Numbered from the stretch's first letter, positions 11,339-20,707 are shown. The stretch is 64,000 nucleotides of DNA from Rhodothermales bacterium (GCA_963740755.1 CAVUFJ010000017.1:45131-109130); one strand, 5' to 3'. The notes: generated by a model from the sequence alone, not told the origin. Numbers and translations are program-made.

Positions 11339-11509
11339 ATGCTGCTCTACCTGCCCGGCCTCGTCATCGGCGTGATCTGCCTGCTCCTCGCCACGCGGCT
11401 GCGCGAACAGGAGCGGACGCGCGAGGCGGGGATGCTGATGGGCCTGGCCATCGTGCTGCTCCTCACGTCCATCGCCGCCGCAGGGCTCAGCATCGCGGGG
11501 GTGTTTTGA
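11339..11509 (+). CDS. Small two-TM hairpin protein (56 aa), below the ORF-track cutoff
   Basis: MLLYLPGLVIGVICLLLATRLREQERTREAGMLMGLAIVLLLTSIAAAGLSIAGVF; starts 3 nt after the nuoF stop; TGATG overlap with the next ORF. Confidence 0.6.
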   Translation: MLLYLPGLVIGVICLLLATRLREQERTREAGMLMGLAIVLLLTSIAAAGLSIAGVF

Positions 11510-11748
11510 TGACGCCTATGCCCCTTTCACCTACCCTTCGCCACGCGGTCATCCGCGGCACCTACACGTTTGGACTGGGGATGTTTGTGTTCATGACGCT
11601 CTGGAACGCGTGGTACAACGGGCCACGCCCCCGCCCTGGCCCGCGTCGTGTTCAACCTCGCCTGGTGGGCGGCAGTAGGGGCGCTCTATGGCGGGGTTAC
11701 GTGGACCCTGGGGGCGCGGCAGCCCGGCGCCACGAACAATCTTCCTGA
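11509..11748 (+). CDS. Small two-TM membrane protein, probably frameshifted; end approximate
   Basis: GTYTFGLGMFVFMTLWNAWY, then in a shifted frame VVFNLAWWAAVGALYGGVTW. Confidence 0.45.
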   Translation: MTPMPLSPTLRHAVIRGTYTFGLGMFVFMTLWNAWYNGPRPRPGPRRVQPRLVGGSRGALWRGYVDPGGAAARRHEQSS

Positions 11749-11754
11749 ACCGCT

Positions 11755-11952
11755 ATGGCGCTCGTCCTCATGGGCCTCTCCATCGTCGTGTTCCTCTTTG
11801 CCGGGCGAATGCGGCGGGCGGGCGAGGCGGGCCGCAGCCGGGCCCTGCTCGTCCTCACCGTCGTGCTCGCCGTGCTGGCTGTGCTCGCGGCGGTCAACGA
11901 GAAGGTGCGCGAGGGCGCGCTCGTAACACCGCCCGCCCCCACGTCTCCCTGA
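11755..11952 (+). CDS. Small two-TM hairpin protein (65 aa)
   Basis: Two hydrophobic helices joined by a basic loop (RMRRAGEAGRSR). Confidence 0.6.
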   Translation: MALVLMGLSIVVFLFAGRMRRAGEAGRSRALLVLTVVLAVLAVLAAVNEKVREGALVTPPAPTSP

Positions 11953-11998
11953 TCTTCCGTAGCGGCGGGCCTGAAACCCGCCCCCGATGCCTCCCCCT

Positions 11999-12506
11999 AT
12001 GCGCTACTTCCCGCTCCTCGCCCTCACGCTCACGTTCGCGGCCTGCAAGACCGAGACGCCCGCCGCCGACGCCGCCGCGCCCATCGTGGCCGTCGCCGGC
12101 TTCGACAGCTACGGCACCGCCCTCACCGATACCTCCGATGCCCGCACCGCTGAGTCCGTGACCGCCGACGGCGCCGCGCTCGACGGACAGACGGTGACGG
12201 TCGCCGGCACGCTCCGCAACGTCTGCCAGATGGCGGGCTGCTGGGCGACCATCGAGACGCCCTCCGGCACGATCCGCATCACGGTGCCCAAGAAGGCGAC
12301 GGCACCTACGCCTGGACGATGCCCAAGGACATCGCCGGGCGGCGCGTGGTGGCCACCGGCAAACTCACGCAGAGCACGCTCAGCGCCGAGAAGGCCGAGC
12401 ACATGGCCAAGGAATCGGCGCCGCCGCCGCCGACTCGACTGGCTTCAAGGACACGCCTGAACTCCAGCTCGAAGCCACCGGCGTGCTCGTCGAAAAGGCC
12501 GGCTGA
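11999..12506 (+). CDS. DUF4920-family lipoprotein; frameshifted
   Basis: Lipobox FAAC, VCQMAGCW motif, MPKDIAGRRVV..AEHMAKES, C-terminus LQLEATGVLVEKAG. Confidence 0.8.
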
Positions 12507-12509
12507 CTT

Positions 12510-12596
12510 CGATCTTGGATCGTTGATGATCGATCATGGCCAGAGGCCTCCGCGCACTGCTGTGTTCTTCTGACCACGAACCATGAACGACGAACA
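12510..12596. repeat. Hybrid heptamer palindrome (GATC-rich left arm, GAACNAC right arm)
   Basis: gatcttggatcgttgatgatcgatcatggccaga ... tctgaccacgaaccatgaacgacgaac. Confidence 0.65.
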
Positions 12597-12628
12597 CCCT
12601 GATCCTGACCTACCTCCGTACTTCTCCG

Positions 12629-14362
12629 ATGGCGCAGATTACGATTGACGGCCAGACCGTCCAGTTCGAAGGGCAGACCAAAGTGCTCCAGCTCATGCTC
12701 GACGCCGGGCTGGAGCTGCCGCACTTCTGCTACCACCCCGCCCTCTCGATCCCGGCCAACTGCCGGCAGTGCCTGATCCGCGCCGGTTCGCCCGCGCTGG
12801 ACCAGGCCACGCGGCAGCCGAAGCTCACCGCCGACGGCTCGCCCGAGATCGCGTTCATGCCCAAGCTCCAGACCGCCTGCTCGCTCGACGCGAGCGACGG
12901 CATGGTGGTCGAGACCGGCCAGACGAGCGACCTCGTGCAGGGGGCCAACGAGAGCAACCTCGAGTTCCTGCTCATCAACCACCCGCTCGACTGCCCGATC
13001 TGCGACCAGGCCGGGCAGTGCCCGCTCCAGATCCAGGCCTACAAGTACGGCCCGGAAGGCTCGCGCTTCGAGTTCCGGAAGGTCCACAAGCCCAAGCGCG
13101 TGCCCCTCGGGCCGCGCGTCGTGCTCGACGCCGAGCGGTGCATCAACTGCACGCGCTGCACGCGCTTCACGAGCGAGATCTCGAAGTCGGACCAGCTCAC
13201 CATCATCAGCCGCGGCGTCAAGAACTACCCGCTCACGGCGCCCGGCGTGGTCTTCGACGACCCGTACTCGATGAACGTGGTGGACATCTGCCCCGTCGGC
13301 GCGCTCACGAGCGCCGAGAGCCGCTTCAAGGCCCGCGCGTGGGAGATGTCCGAGACGCCCTCGATCACCGTCACCAACGGCAAGGGGAGCAACTGCTTCT
13401 ACCGCGTGCGCGACAACCTGGTCATGGAGATCGTGCCGCGCGCCAACGCGGACGTGAACGACTACTGGCTGCCCGACGAGGACCGCGTCAACGCTGCCGT
13501 GGTGCGCTTCAACGACGACCGCGCCTCGGGCCCCCTCGTGCGCGGCACGGATGGCGCCCTCCGCGCCGCCTCATGGGAGGAAGCCTACGACCGCGCCGCA
13601 ACCGTGCTGCGCTCGGCCGAAGGGCCGGTGCTCTTCCTCGGCTCGGCCCATGCCACCGTGGAAGACAACGCGATGCTTGTCAAGCTCGCGCAGGCCGTGG
13701 GCGGCGAGGTGCTCGGCTACCTGCCCCACCGCGTCGAAGGCGCGGGCGACGGCTGGCTCGTGACCGACAGCAAGGCCCCCAACGCGCAGGGCTGCGAGCG
13801 CCTCGGCCTCGCGCCGCTAGACGTTGCCACCTTCCGAGGCCGCCTTGCCGACGCGGGCGCGCTCTACGTGCTCGAAGACGACCCGGTACAGGCCGGCGCC
13901 TGCGCGGCGTCTGACCTCGCGGGCCTGAGCGTGATCCTCCACAGCTATCACACGACCAACCAGACGACCGCCGCCGCCGCCGTCGTGCTCCCCGCCGCGA
14001 TGGTCGTGGAAACCGTGGGCACGTACGTGAGCGACGACGGCCATGCGCAGCGCGTGGTGCCGGCCAAGAGCATCCGGGGCGTCAACCGCACGCTCATGAT
14101 GGCGATGGGGTCGAGCCGCGCGGACCAGCACGGCACGCCCTTCGACCGGTGGTACAACGAGGAGCACAAGGTGGACTGCCGCCCGTCGTGGGAGACGATT
14201 CCCGAAGTGGCGCAGCGCCTCGGGCACGCGCTCACCTACAAGGGGCCGAAGGCGATCATGGCCGAGCTTGCGTCCGAGAACGACGCCTTCGCCGGCGCCA
14301 CGTACGACGCGATGGGCCTTGCGGGTGTCCGCCTCGCCGAAGCGGGCGCCCTCGCCGGGTAA
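12629..14362 (+). CDS. nuoG: NADH-quinone oxidoreductase subunit G (short, 577 aa)
   Basis: HFCYHPALSIPANCRQCL, NHPLDCPICDQAGQCPLQ, RCINCTRCTRF, DICPVGAL. Confidence 0.95.
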   Translation: MAQITIDGQTVQFEGQTKVLQLMLDAGLELPHFCYHPALSIPANCRQCLIRAGSPALDQATRQPKLTADGSPEIAFMPKLQTACSLDASDGMVVETGQTSDLVQGANESNLEFLLINHPLDCPICDQAGQCPLQIQAYKYGPEGSRFEFRKVHKPKRVPLGPRVVLDAERCINCTRCTRFTSEISKSDQLTIISRGVKNYPLTAPGVVFDDPYSMNVVDICPVGALTSAESRFKARAWEMSETPSITVTNGKGSNCFYRVRDNLVMEIVPRANADVNDYWLPDEDRVNAAVVRFNDDRASGPLVRGTDGALRAASWEEAYDRAATVLRSAEGPVLFLGSAHATVEDNAMLVKLAQAVGGEVLGYLPHRVEGAGDGWLVTDSKAPNAQGCERLGLAPLDVATFRGRLADAGALYVLEDDPVQAGACAASDLAGLSVILHSYHTTNQTTAAAAVVLPAAMVVETVGTYVSDDGHAQRVVPAKSIRGVNRTLMMAMGSSRADQHGTPFDRWYNEEHKVDCRPSWETIPEVAQRLGHALTYKGPKAIMAELASENDAFAGATYDAMGLAGVRLAEAGALAG

Positions 14363-14384
14363 ACGGGCAGATCGGTTCGATGGG

Positions 14385-14414
14385 CGTAGGGGCGCCATGC
14401 GTGGCGCCCCTACG
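14385..14414. repeat. GTAG-type REP-like palindrome
   Basis: CGTAGGGGCGCCA-tgcg-TGGCGCCCCTACG just downstream of nuoG. Confidence 0.75.
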
Positions 14415-14586
14415 ATGCGTTGATGCACATCCAGCCCGGCAACGCCGGAAACGGCACGCATGTAACGGTTGCGGGAGGACGACGGAGCGGGGCGATCCTG
14501 CGTCCGGATGGGCGGGTATAGGGGCGTGTTCACCGGACGTTGGCACGCCGCGCGTCCTCTGCACCCGCTCCCGACCTCGACCCGTC

Positions 14587-14748
14587 ATGGAATCCACCCC
14601 CACCGCCGAGCCGTCCGTCGACCTGCTCGCCCACGAAGCCGACACGTTCACGTTCGAAGCACCGGCCTCGCCGGTCGACGACGCCAACGAGCTCGTCTTC
14701 TTCGGCGACCGCAACGAAGGACAGACGCTGCCCTTCGCCGACGCCTGA
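14587..14748 (+). CDS. Small acidic hypothetical protein
   Basis: MESTPTAEPSVDLLAHEADTFTFEAPASPVDDANELVFFGDRNEGQTLPFADA; GC-rich codon usage. Confidence 0.5.
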   Translation: MESTPTAEPSVDLLAHEADTFTFEAPASPVDDANELVFFGDRNEGQTLPFADA

Positions 14749-14761
14749 TCCCCGCCCTCCT

Positions 14762-15358
14762 ATGGCCACCCCTTCCTACCGCCTCCACGACGACGGCGAG
14801 ACCGCCGGCACCCCGCCCACCCCCAGCGCCGACGACGACCTCGACCTCGCCACCCCCGACGCGCTCGCCTCTTTTGGTGATGCCGACGCGGGCAAGGCGG
14901 GCAGCGGCTCGCTCTACGACCCCACCGAGGATCCCGCTGTGCAGGGCCAGTTCGACGCCGGCCTCACCGCCGATGCCAACCTGGGCAACGATGCCCTCGA
15001 CGACGCCGACCTTCAGGACCCTGCCACGCTCGACGGCCGCCGCCTCGACGTGCGTGGGCGCGAAGACCACGGCCTAGGGGGCTACGGCGAGCACGGCGCC
15101 TCCGACGAAGTCCTCGGCGACCTGACGGGCGACGATGCCGACTTCGGACCCGGCTCCGGGCACGATGGGCGACACGAACTCGCCCTCCGACGAACTGGTA
15201 GGCGGCCGTCGGCCCCCCGTCGATCCACATGGGACCCGCCCCGCCCTCTCGACCGAGTGCGGGGCGGATCTGAGTTTCAAGGCGCCGAGTGCGCCTCGAA
15301 GCGGCCCCGTAAGCACCGCGCCCGCAGGGCCGGCAGGAGGCGGCCGCGAAGCGCGTAA
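14762..15358 (+). CDS. Asp/Gly-rich, probably disordered hypothetical protein; 3' end uncertain (frameshift near 15160)
   Basis: MATPSYRLHDDGETAG...DDDLDLATPD...DALDDADLQD. Confidence 0.55.
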   Translation: MATPSYRLHDDGETAGTPPTPSADDDLDLATPDALASFGDADAGKAGSGSLYDPTEDPAVQGQFDAGLTADANLGNDALDDADLQDPATLDGRRLDVRGREDHGLGGYGEHGASDEVLGDLTGDDADFGPGSGHDGRHELALRRTGRRPSAPRRSTWDPPRPLDRVRGGSEFQGAECASKRPRKHRARRAGRRRPRSA

Positions 15359-15414
15359 CTTGGCGACCCTCAGGCGTGGCTAGCTCGTACTATCGCGCCA
15401 TCGCCCTGTGCGCA

Positions 15415-16446
15415 ATGAACCTCCCGCTCTTCTGGATCGGCATCATCGGCTTCGTCATCATCAACGTGATGCTGATCGCGGCCTCCGTGCTCGTGTATTA
15501 CGAACGCAAGGTTTCCGGCTGGATCCAGAACCGCCCCGGCCCCAACCGCGTCGGCCCCTATGGCTTCCTGCAGCCGTTTGCCGACGTGGCGAAGCTGATC
15601 TTCAAGGAGGACATCGTCCCCACGCAGGCCAACGGCTTCGTCCACGCGCTCGCGCCCGTACTCATGGTGGTCATTGCGATGACGACGGCGGCGCTCATCC
15701 CGTTTGCGCGCGGCGTAGTGGTGGCCGACCTGGACGTGTCGGTGCTGGTGGTGCTGGCGCTCACGTCCATCACGGTGTACGGCGTGACGCTCGCGGGCTG
15801 GTCGAGCAACTCGAAGTTCTCGCTCCTCGGCGGCCTCCGCTCGTCGGCGCAGATGATCTCGTATGAACTGGCGATGGGCCTGGCCGTGGTCTCGGTCGTG
15901 CTCATCACGGGCTCGATGCGGCTGGTGGACATCGTCGAGTTTCAGCACCACGGCGGCGCGATCCTCGGCTGGAACGTCTTCCGCGATCCCATCGGCGCGC
16001 TCATCTTCATCGTGTGCGCCTTCGCCGAGACCAACCGCGCGCCCTTCGACCTGCCGGAGGCGGAGCAGGAGCTCGTCGGCGGCTACCACACCGAATACAG
16101 CGGCATGAAGTTCGGGATGTTCTTCCTCGCGGAGTACGTCAACTTCTTCATCGCGAGCTTCATCATCGTGACGCTCTTCTTCGGCGGCTACCTGATCCCG
16201 TTCGAGCCGCAGCTGCTGAACCTCTTCCCGGCCCTCAACGGCAGCGTCGTGCTCGGCGCGCTCCAGATCCTGACGCTCTTCCTCAAGGTCGGCTTCTTCG
16301 CCTTCCTGTTCATCTGGGTGCGCTGGACGCTGCCGCGCTTCAAGTACCAGCAGCTCATGACGCTCGGCTGGAAGATGCTCCTGCCCATTGCGCTCGCCAA
16401 CGTGATGCTCTACGCGCTCTTCTTCGCCCTCCAGGCCCAGTTCTAG
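15415..16446 (+). CDS. nuoH: NADH-quinone oxidoreductase subunit H
   Basis: ERKVSGWIQNRPGPNRVGPYGFLQPFADVAKL, AETNRAPFDLPEAEQELVGGYHTEYSG. Confidence 0.97.
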   Translation: MNLPLFWIGIIGFVIINVMLIAASVLVYYERKVSGWIQNRPGPNRVGPYGFLQPFADVAKLIFKEDIVPTQANGFVHALAPVLMVVIAMTTAALIPFARGVVVADLDVSVLVVLALTSITVYGVTLAGWSSNSKFSLLGGLRSSAQMISYELAMGLAVVSVVLITGSMRLVDIVEFQHHGGAILGWNVFRDPIGALIFIVCAFAETNRAPFDLPEAEQELVGGYHTEYSGMKFGMFFLAEYVNFFIASFIIVTLFFGGYLIPFEPQLLNLFPALNGSVVLGALQILTLFLKVGFFAFLFIWVRWTLPRFKYQQLMTLGWKMLLPIALANVMLYALFFALQAQF

Positions 16447-16527
16447 CGACGTGCGACGTACGACAGGCGCCGCAGGGTGTCTGGTTCTAATGTCGCCCGT
16501 TGCCCGTCGAAGGTCGCCCGTCGCATG
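16447..16527. repeat. Heptamer-tandem palindrome (CGACGTR dialect) ending at the rpe ATG
   Basis: cgacgtg cgacgta cgacagg ... aatgtcg cccgttg cccgtcg aaggtcg cccgtcg catg. Confidence 0.75.
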
Positions 16528-17190
16528 CTCCTCGCCCCGTCCATCCTCTCGGCCGACTTCGGACGCCTCGCCGCGCACGCCCGCGAAGCGCTCGACGCCG
16601 GGGCGGACTGGCTCCACATCGACGCGATGGACGGGCATTTCGTGCCCAACCTCACCATTGGGCCGCTCATCGTAGAGGCGCTCCGGGGCGTCAAGGCCGA
16701 CACCGGCTGCACGCTCGACTGCCACCTGATGCTCGCGCAGCCCGAGCGCTACGTGGATGCGTTCGCCGCCGCCGGGGCGGATTCGATCACCGTTCACGCC
16801 GAGGCGTGCATTCACCTGCACCGCGTCGTTGAGCAGATCCACGCGGCGGGCGCGAAGGCCGGCGTGGCGGTGAACCCGGCCACCCCGCTCGGCGTGCTGG
16901 AGGAGATCCTGCCCTACGCCGACCTGCTGCTGGTCATGAGCGTCAACCCCGGCTTCGGCGGGCAGGCCTACATCCCGACGAGCACGGACAAGATCGCGCG
17001 CCTGCGCCGGATGCGGGACGCGGCTGGCAGCCGGGCGCTGATCCAGGTAGACGGCGGCGTGACCCCCGCCAACGTCCGCGCCGTCGTGGAGGCGGGCGCG
17101 GACGTGGTGGTGGCGGGCAGCGCCGTCTACAGGGGCGACGTGGCCGCCAACGTCCAGGCACTCCGCCGGGCGAGCCTGCTCCCGGCCTGA
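16525..17190 (+). CDS. rpe: Ribulose-phosphate 3-epimerase
   Basis: LAPSILSADF, HIDAMDGHFVPNLT, MSVNPGFGGQ, QVDGGV, VAGSA. Confidence 0.97.
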   Translation: MLLAPSILSADFGRLAAHAREALDAGADWLHIDAMDGHFVPNLTIGPLIVEALRGVKADTGCTLDCHLMLAQPERYVDAFAAAGADSITVHAEACIHLHRVVEQIHAAGAKAGVAVNPATPLGVLEEILPYADLLLVMSVNPGFGGQAYIPTSTDKIARLRRMRDAAGSRALIQVDGGVTPANVRAVVEAGADVVVAGSAVYRGDVAANVQALRRASLLPA

Positions 17191-17203
17191 CGCCTTCGCA
17201 CTA

Positions 17204-17245
17204 ACGCGCGCGGCGCAGAAGATCCGTCTTCTGCGCCGCGCGTTT
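17204..17245. terminator. Bidirectional terminator hairpin between convergent genes
   Basis: CGCGCGGCGCAGAAGA-tccg-TCTTCTGCGCCGCGCG followed by TTT. Confidence 0.7.
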
Positions 17246-17259
17246 CATTCAGCGCAACC

Positions 17260-18378
17260 TCACCGCCGCACGACGGGGCGCGCGATGCTGAACTGATCGC
17301 CGGTGGCCCGGAGCACGTAGAGGCCGCTCGGCAGGCTCGCCGCTTCGAACAGAAGGTGCACCGTGCGCCCAGCGTCCAGCACGCCGTCGTAGAGCGTGGC
17401 CACGCGGCGGCCCAGGGCATCGTAGGCCTCCACGCGGACGGACTGCGCTTCCCGAACGGCGATCCGCACGCCCATGCGCTCGGCAAAGGGATTGGCCCCT
17501 TCGGGTTGAAAGAGCACCGCCTCGGTCATCGCCACCTGCATTGTTACCTCGGCGCTGAAGTGCGAGGTGCCGTCGAGGTCCACCTGGCGGAGGCGGAACC
17601 GGTACAGGGCCGGCGCAAGCCCGGTCACGTCGCGCGCGTAGGTGGCCGCCTCCGCCGCCGTGCCCCGCCCGGCGACGAACGCCACCTCCTGCCACGGCGC
17701 GTCTCCGGTGCGCAGCTGGACGCCGAAGCCCGCGTTGTTCTGCTCGCTCGCGGCCGTCCAGGTGAGCCGGACGCGCCCGGCGTCGAGCGCGACAGCCTCA
17801 AAGGCCGCCAGTTCGACCGGCAACGTGCCGGCCGTGGCCGCCGTCCATCGCGAAAACGCGTCGATGCCCGTGAGCGTGATGGTGTTCGCGCCTGCGTTTA
17901 CCGTGCCGCCGCGCTGGGTCCACGGGGCCGCGCCCGTCGGCGAGCGGTAGAGGCTCAGGCCGGCCTCGGTGTTGCCGTTGAGCTCGTCGTCGGCATAGGC
18001 GAAGACGAGCGTGGCGTTGAGGCCGCTGTTGGTGGCAGGCGTGATGTCGTAGTAGCGCAGAAGGCTCTGGCCGCTCCCTCCGGTCTGCGCGGTGGCCCCG
18101 CGCGTGACGACGACGCTCCCCAGGTTGGCCGCGCTCGTGATCGTCGCCCCGAGCCCGCCGACGTTGGCGGCTGCGGGGGCGTTGAGGGTCTGGGTGGCCT
18201 GGTAGAGCCCCCCCTTGGCGCGCCCGCCGCTGGCTTCCACCAGCGTGGCGCTTCCAAGCACGAGCGTCGCCGTGCTGCCCATCGTGAGGGTGGCGTTGTT
18301 GGCGACGGTGACGGTGGTCTGTGCCTGCGCGAGCAGCCCGGTCAGCAGCGACGCCCCCAGCATGAAAGCGTGTTTCAT
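17260..18378 (-). CDS. Secreted protein with a T9SS type A C-terminal sorting domain
   Basis: Signal peptide ..AQAQ; LPVELAAF-EQNNAGF-YRFRLRQVDLDG Ig-like module; CTD NPF..YDALGRRVATL..LPSGLYVLR. Confidence 0.88.
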   Translation of the reverse strand: MKHAFMLGASLLTGLLAQAQTTVTVANNATLTMGSTATLVLGSATLVEASGGRAKGGLYQATQTLNAPAAANVGGLGATITSAANLGSVVVTRGATAQTGGSGQSLLRYYDITPATNSGLNATLVFAYADDELNGNTEAGLSLYRSPTGAAPWTQRGGTVNAGANTITLTGIDAFSRWTAATAGTLPVELAAFEAVALDAGRVRLTWTAASEQNNAGFGVQLRTGDAPWQEVAFVAGRGTAAEAATYARDVTGLAPALYRFRLRQVDLDGTSHFSAEVTMQVAMTEAVLFQPEGANPFAERMGVRIAVREAQSVRVEAYDALGRRVATLYDGVLDAGRTVHLLFEAASLPSGLYVLRATGDQFSIARPVVRR

Positions 18379-19619
18379 CGGCGGTCGATGGTCGAAGTGG
18401 AGGCGGCGGCCTGCGCGGACACGAGTCGTTCGACGAGGGTCCGCAGTTGCGCGAGTTCGGCCTCTAGGGCGGCCACCTTCCGCGCCTGTCCCTGCGTCTG
18501 ACCAACTTCAAGCCGAAGCCGGCTTACTTCGTCGATGAGTTGCGCGTTTTCCTGCATCAACCTCTCGGTGCGAAGGGCCAGGGCTTTCACGCCCGCAAAG
18601 TTGACGCCGTCGATGTCGCCGAGACCGATGGCGGTGGGCCCGAGCCCGAGCCCGAAGGCCGCATGAAAATCCTCGGCCACGGGCCCCATGTGGCGGATGT
18701 GCGTGCTGTCCCCGATCATCTCCCAGGTCGTGACCGGCGTGGCGGCGATGCGGGCAAGCACGTAGTCGCCATCCACGTCTTCAAAGGCCTGTTTGACCGT
18801 CCGGCTCGACGCACACGTCCACGTAGGGACGGCGACGGTGAGGTCACAGCCGACGTTGCCGCCGGCACCGGGCGTGTTGCCGTTGGCCGCCGTGGACACG
18901 CGCAGCCGGAAGCCGCCGTTGTAGCGGGCGCGGAACTCGTTGTCCGCCTGGTTGCGCACCGAATCCGTCGTGCTTTCGTCGCCCATTACCATGGTGCCGG
19001 TGTGGGTATTGTTGCTGGCCCGGTAGCCGATGGCCACGGAATAGTCGTTGTTGGCCGTGGTGCGGTATCCCAGTGCGACGGAGCCTTGCCCACCGGCCTT
19101 GACCGTGTACCCGATCGCGACGCAGGCAAACCCCGAACAGCGATTGGAGGCCCCTGCCGAGAACCCTGCTGTGCCCGTCACCGACACTCCCGAGCCGAAG
19201 CCGACGCCGACGGTCAACGTTACGGTCACCTGATCGCCGTAGGAGAAGGCCCCGTAGCCGGAGGCGATCACCTGATTGCCGCCGGCAAACGTGAAGTCAT
19301 TCATGCTGGCGTCGTCCCAGTTCGTCTGTCCGGTCGGGACGCGCCCGAAGCGGAGCGAGCCCCGGCACGGATGCCACATGAAGCGGGTGCCGGCGCCGGT
19401 GGCGGGGATGTAGGCGGCGCAGCCGGTCGTGTTGCCGACATCGCGCACGAAGCCCTTCACCACAAACGCCCCGTCGTCCTTCACCGTGAGGATGCTCGAC
19501 GGCACGCCGGGACACCCGGTCGTCGTACAGTTGGCACTCACGTCGAGGGCGTTGGCCTGGGCCCAGACGCTGGGGGCAAGGGCCGGCAGAAGAAGCAGAA
19601 CGAACAGCACGCGTTTCAT
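18375..19619 (-). CDS. Secreted tail-fibre-like protein with YadA-head-like repeats and a C-terminal peptidase S74 (intramolecular chaperone) domain
   Basis: Signal peptide; GAGTRFMWHP; ~14-residue repeats (ACVAIGY, GSVALGY, YSVAIGY); SSRTVK cleavage-type motif; HMGPVAEDF; terminal coiled coil. Confidence 0.85.
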   Translation of the reverse strand: MKRVLFVLLLLPALAPSVWAQANALDVSANCTTTGCPGVPSSILTVKDDGAFVVKGFVRDVGNTTGCAAYIPATGAGTRFMWHPCRGSLRFGRVPTGQTNWDDASMNDFTFAGGNQVIASGYGAFSYGDQVTVTLTVGVGFGSGVSVTGTAGFSAGASNRCSGFACVAIGYTVKAGGQGSVALGYRTTANNDYSVAIGYRASNNTHTGTMVMGDESTTDSVRNQADNEFRARYNGGFRLRVSTAANGNTPGAGGNVGCDLTVAVPTWTCASSRTVKQAFEDVDGDYVLARIAATPVTTWEMIGDSTHIRHMGPVAEDFHAAFGLGLGPTAIGLGDIDGVNFAGVKALALRTERLMQENAQLIDEVSRLRLEVGQTQGQARKVAALEAELAQLRTLVERLVSAQAAASTSTIDRR

Positions 19620-19645
19620 AGCAGCAGGAATGGAGGTGAGTGCTT

Positions 19646-20707
19646 TTACCCTTCCATCATGCGCACATCCTGTCTGTCGAACACGTACAGTCTTCCGAAC
19701 CTGACCATCGCAGGGAAGCGGGACAGGTCAAGATACGCTCCGCGCCTCCCGGTGGGCCATGCCTGCCCCCGATCCTTTTCGGCGGCCCGCGACGTGGAAA
19801 GCAGCACCACGCCTGCGACGACGAGGGCCGCGCCCGCCGCACTCCACACCGTGACGGGCTCACCGAGCACGACGGCTCCGAGCGCGAGCGTCGCCACCGG
19901 CCCGACGAGGCCGGCCTGCGCGGCGAGGGGCGCCCCGACGCGGGCGAGCGCCACGCCGAGCAGGAGCATCGGCACGACGAAGCAGAACACCGCGTTGATG
20001 AGCGAGAGCATGAGCACGGGGCGCGGTACGGTGAGGAGCACGCCGAGCGGGTGGGTGAGCGCGTAGTGGACGAGCGCCACGCCGCACGCCCAGAGCGCCA
20101 CGCGCACGGTGAGCCCGAGGGCCCCGAGGCGGCGGGCGAGTTCGGCGGAGGCGGTGAGGTAGGCCGCGTACAGGAGCGCCGAGGCCAGTACGAGCGCCCC
20201 GCCCTTCTGGACGTCGGCGCCGCCGTGGCGCGCGTCGTGGGCGAAGACCAGCACGATGCCCGCGTAGGAGATGCCGAGGGCGGTCCACTGCCGCCGCATG
20301 ATCGGCCGCCGCAGCACGAGTGCGGCGATGAGGAGCACGAACGTCGGGTTGAGGAAGAGCACGAGGCGTTCCAGGCCCGCCGTCACGTAGGCGAGGCCGG
20401 CAAAGTCGAGCCAGGTGGAGCCGTAGAAGCCGACCGCCCCGAGCAGCGCCACGCGCCCATGGTCGCGCGCGCTCAGGCGCGGGCCCCGGCGCGCGGCCAG
20501 CCACAGGAGCGCAAAGAGGGGTAGGGCGAGGCCGAGCCGCAACACAACGACCGTGTCCACGGGCACGCCGTAGCCGTACGTGAGCTTGGCAACGATGGCC
20601 TTGGCGGCGTACCCGAAGGCGCTCGCCACCGCGCACGCGATCCCGAGCGCCTGCCCGCGCGGGTCGGCGGGCGGCACGGCGGCAGGCGCGTCGAGGGCCG
20701 GTTCCAT
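19646..20707 (-). CDS. EamA/DMT family transporter
   Basis: About ten TM segments; LDFAGLAYVTAGLERLVLFLNPTFV, GPVATLALGAVVLGEP. Confidence 0.9.
   Translation of the reverse strand: MEPALDAPAAVPPADPRGQALGIACAVASAFGYAAKAIVAKLTYGYGVPVDTVVVLRLGLALPLFALLWLAARRGPRLSARDHGRVALLGAVGFYGSTWLDFAGLAYVTAGLERLVLFLNPTFVLLIAALVLRRPIMRRQWTALGISYAGIVLVFAHDARHGGADVQKGGALVLASALLYAAYLTASAELARRLGALGLTVRVALWACGVALVHYALTHPLGVLLTVPRPVLMLSLINAVFCFVVPMLLLGVALARVGAPLAAQAGLVGPVATLALGAVVLGEPVTVWSAAGAALVVAGVVLLSTSRAAEKDRGQAWPTGRRGAYLDLSRFPAMVRFGRLYVFDRQDVRMMEG

Noticed and set aside
18375-19619. Prophage or tailocin implied by the tail-fibre domain
   Set aside because: The protein has a Sec signal peptide, and there are no capsid, tail tube, sheath, baseplate or lysis genes nearby.
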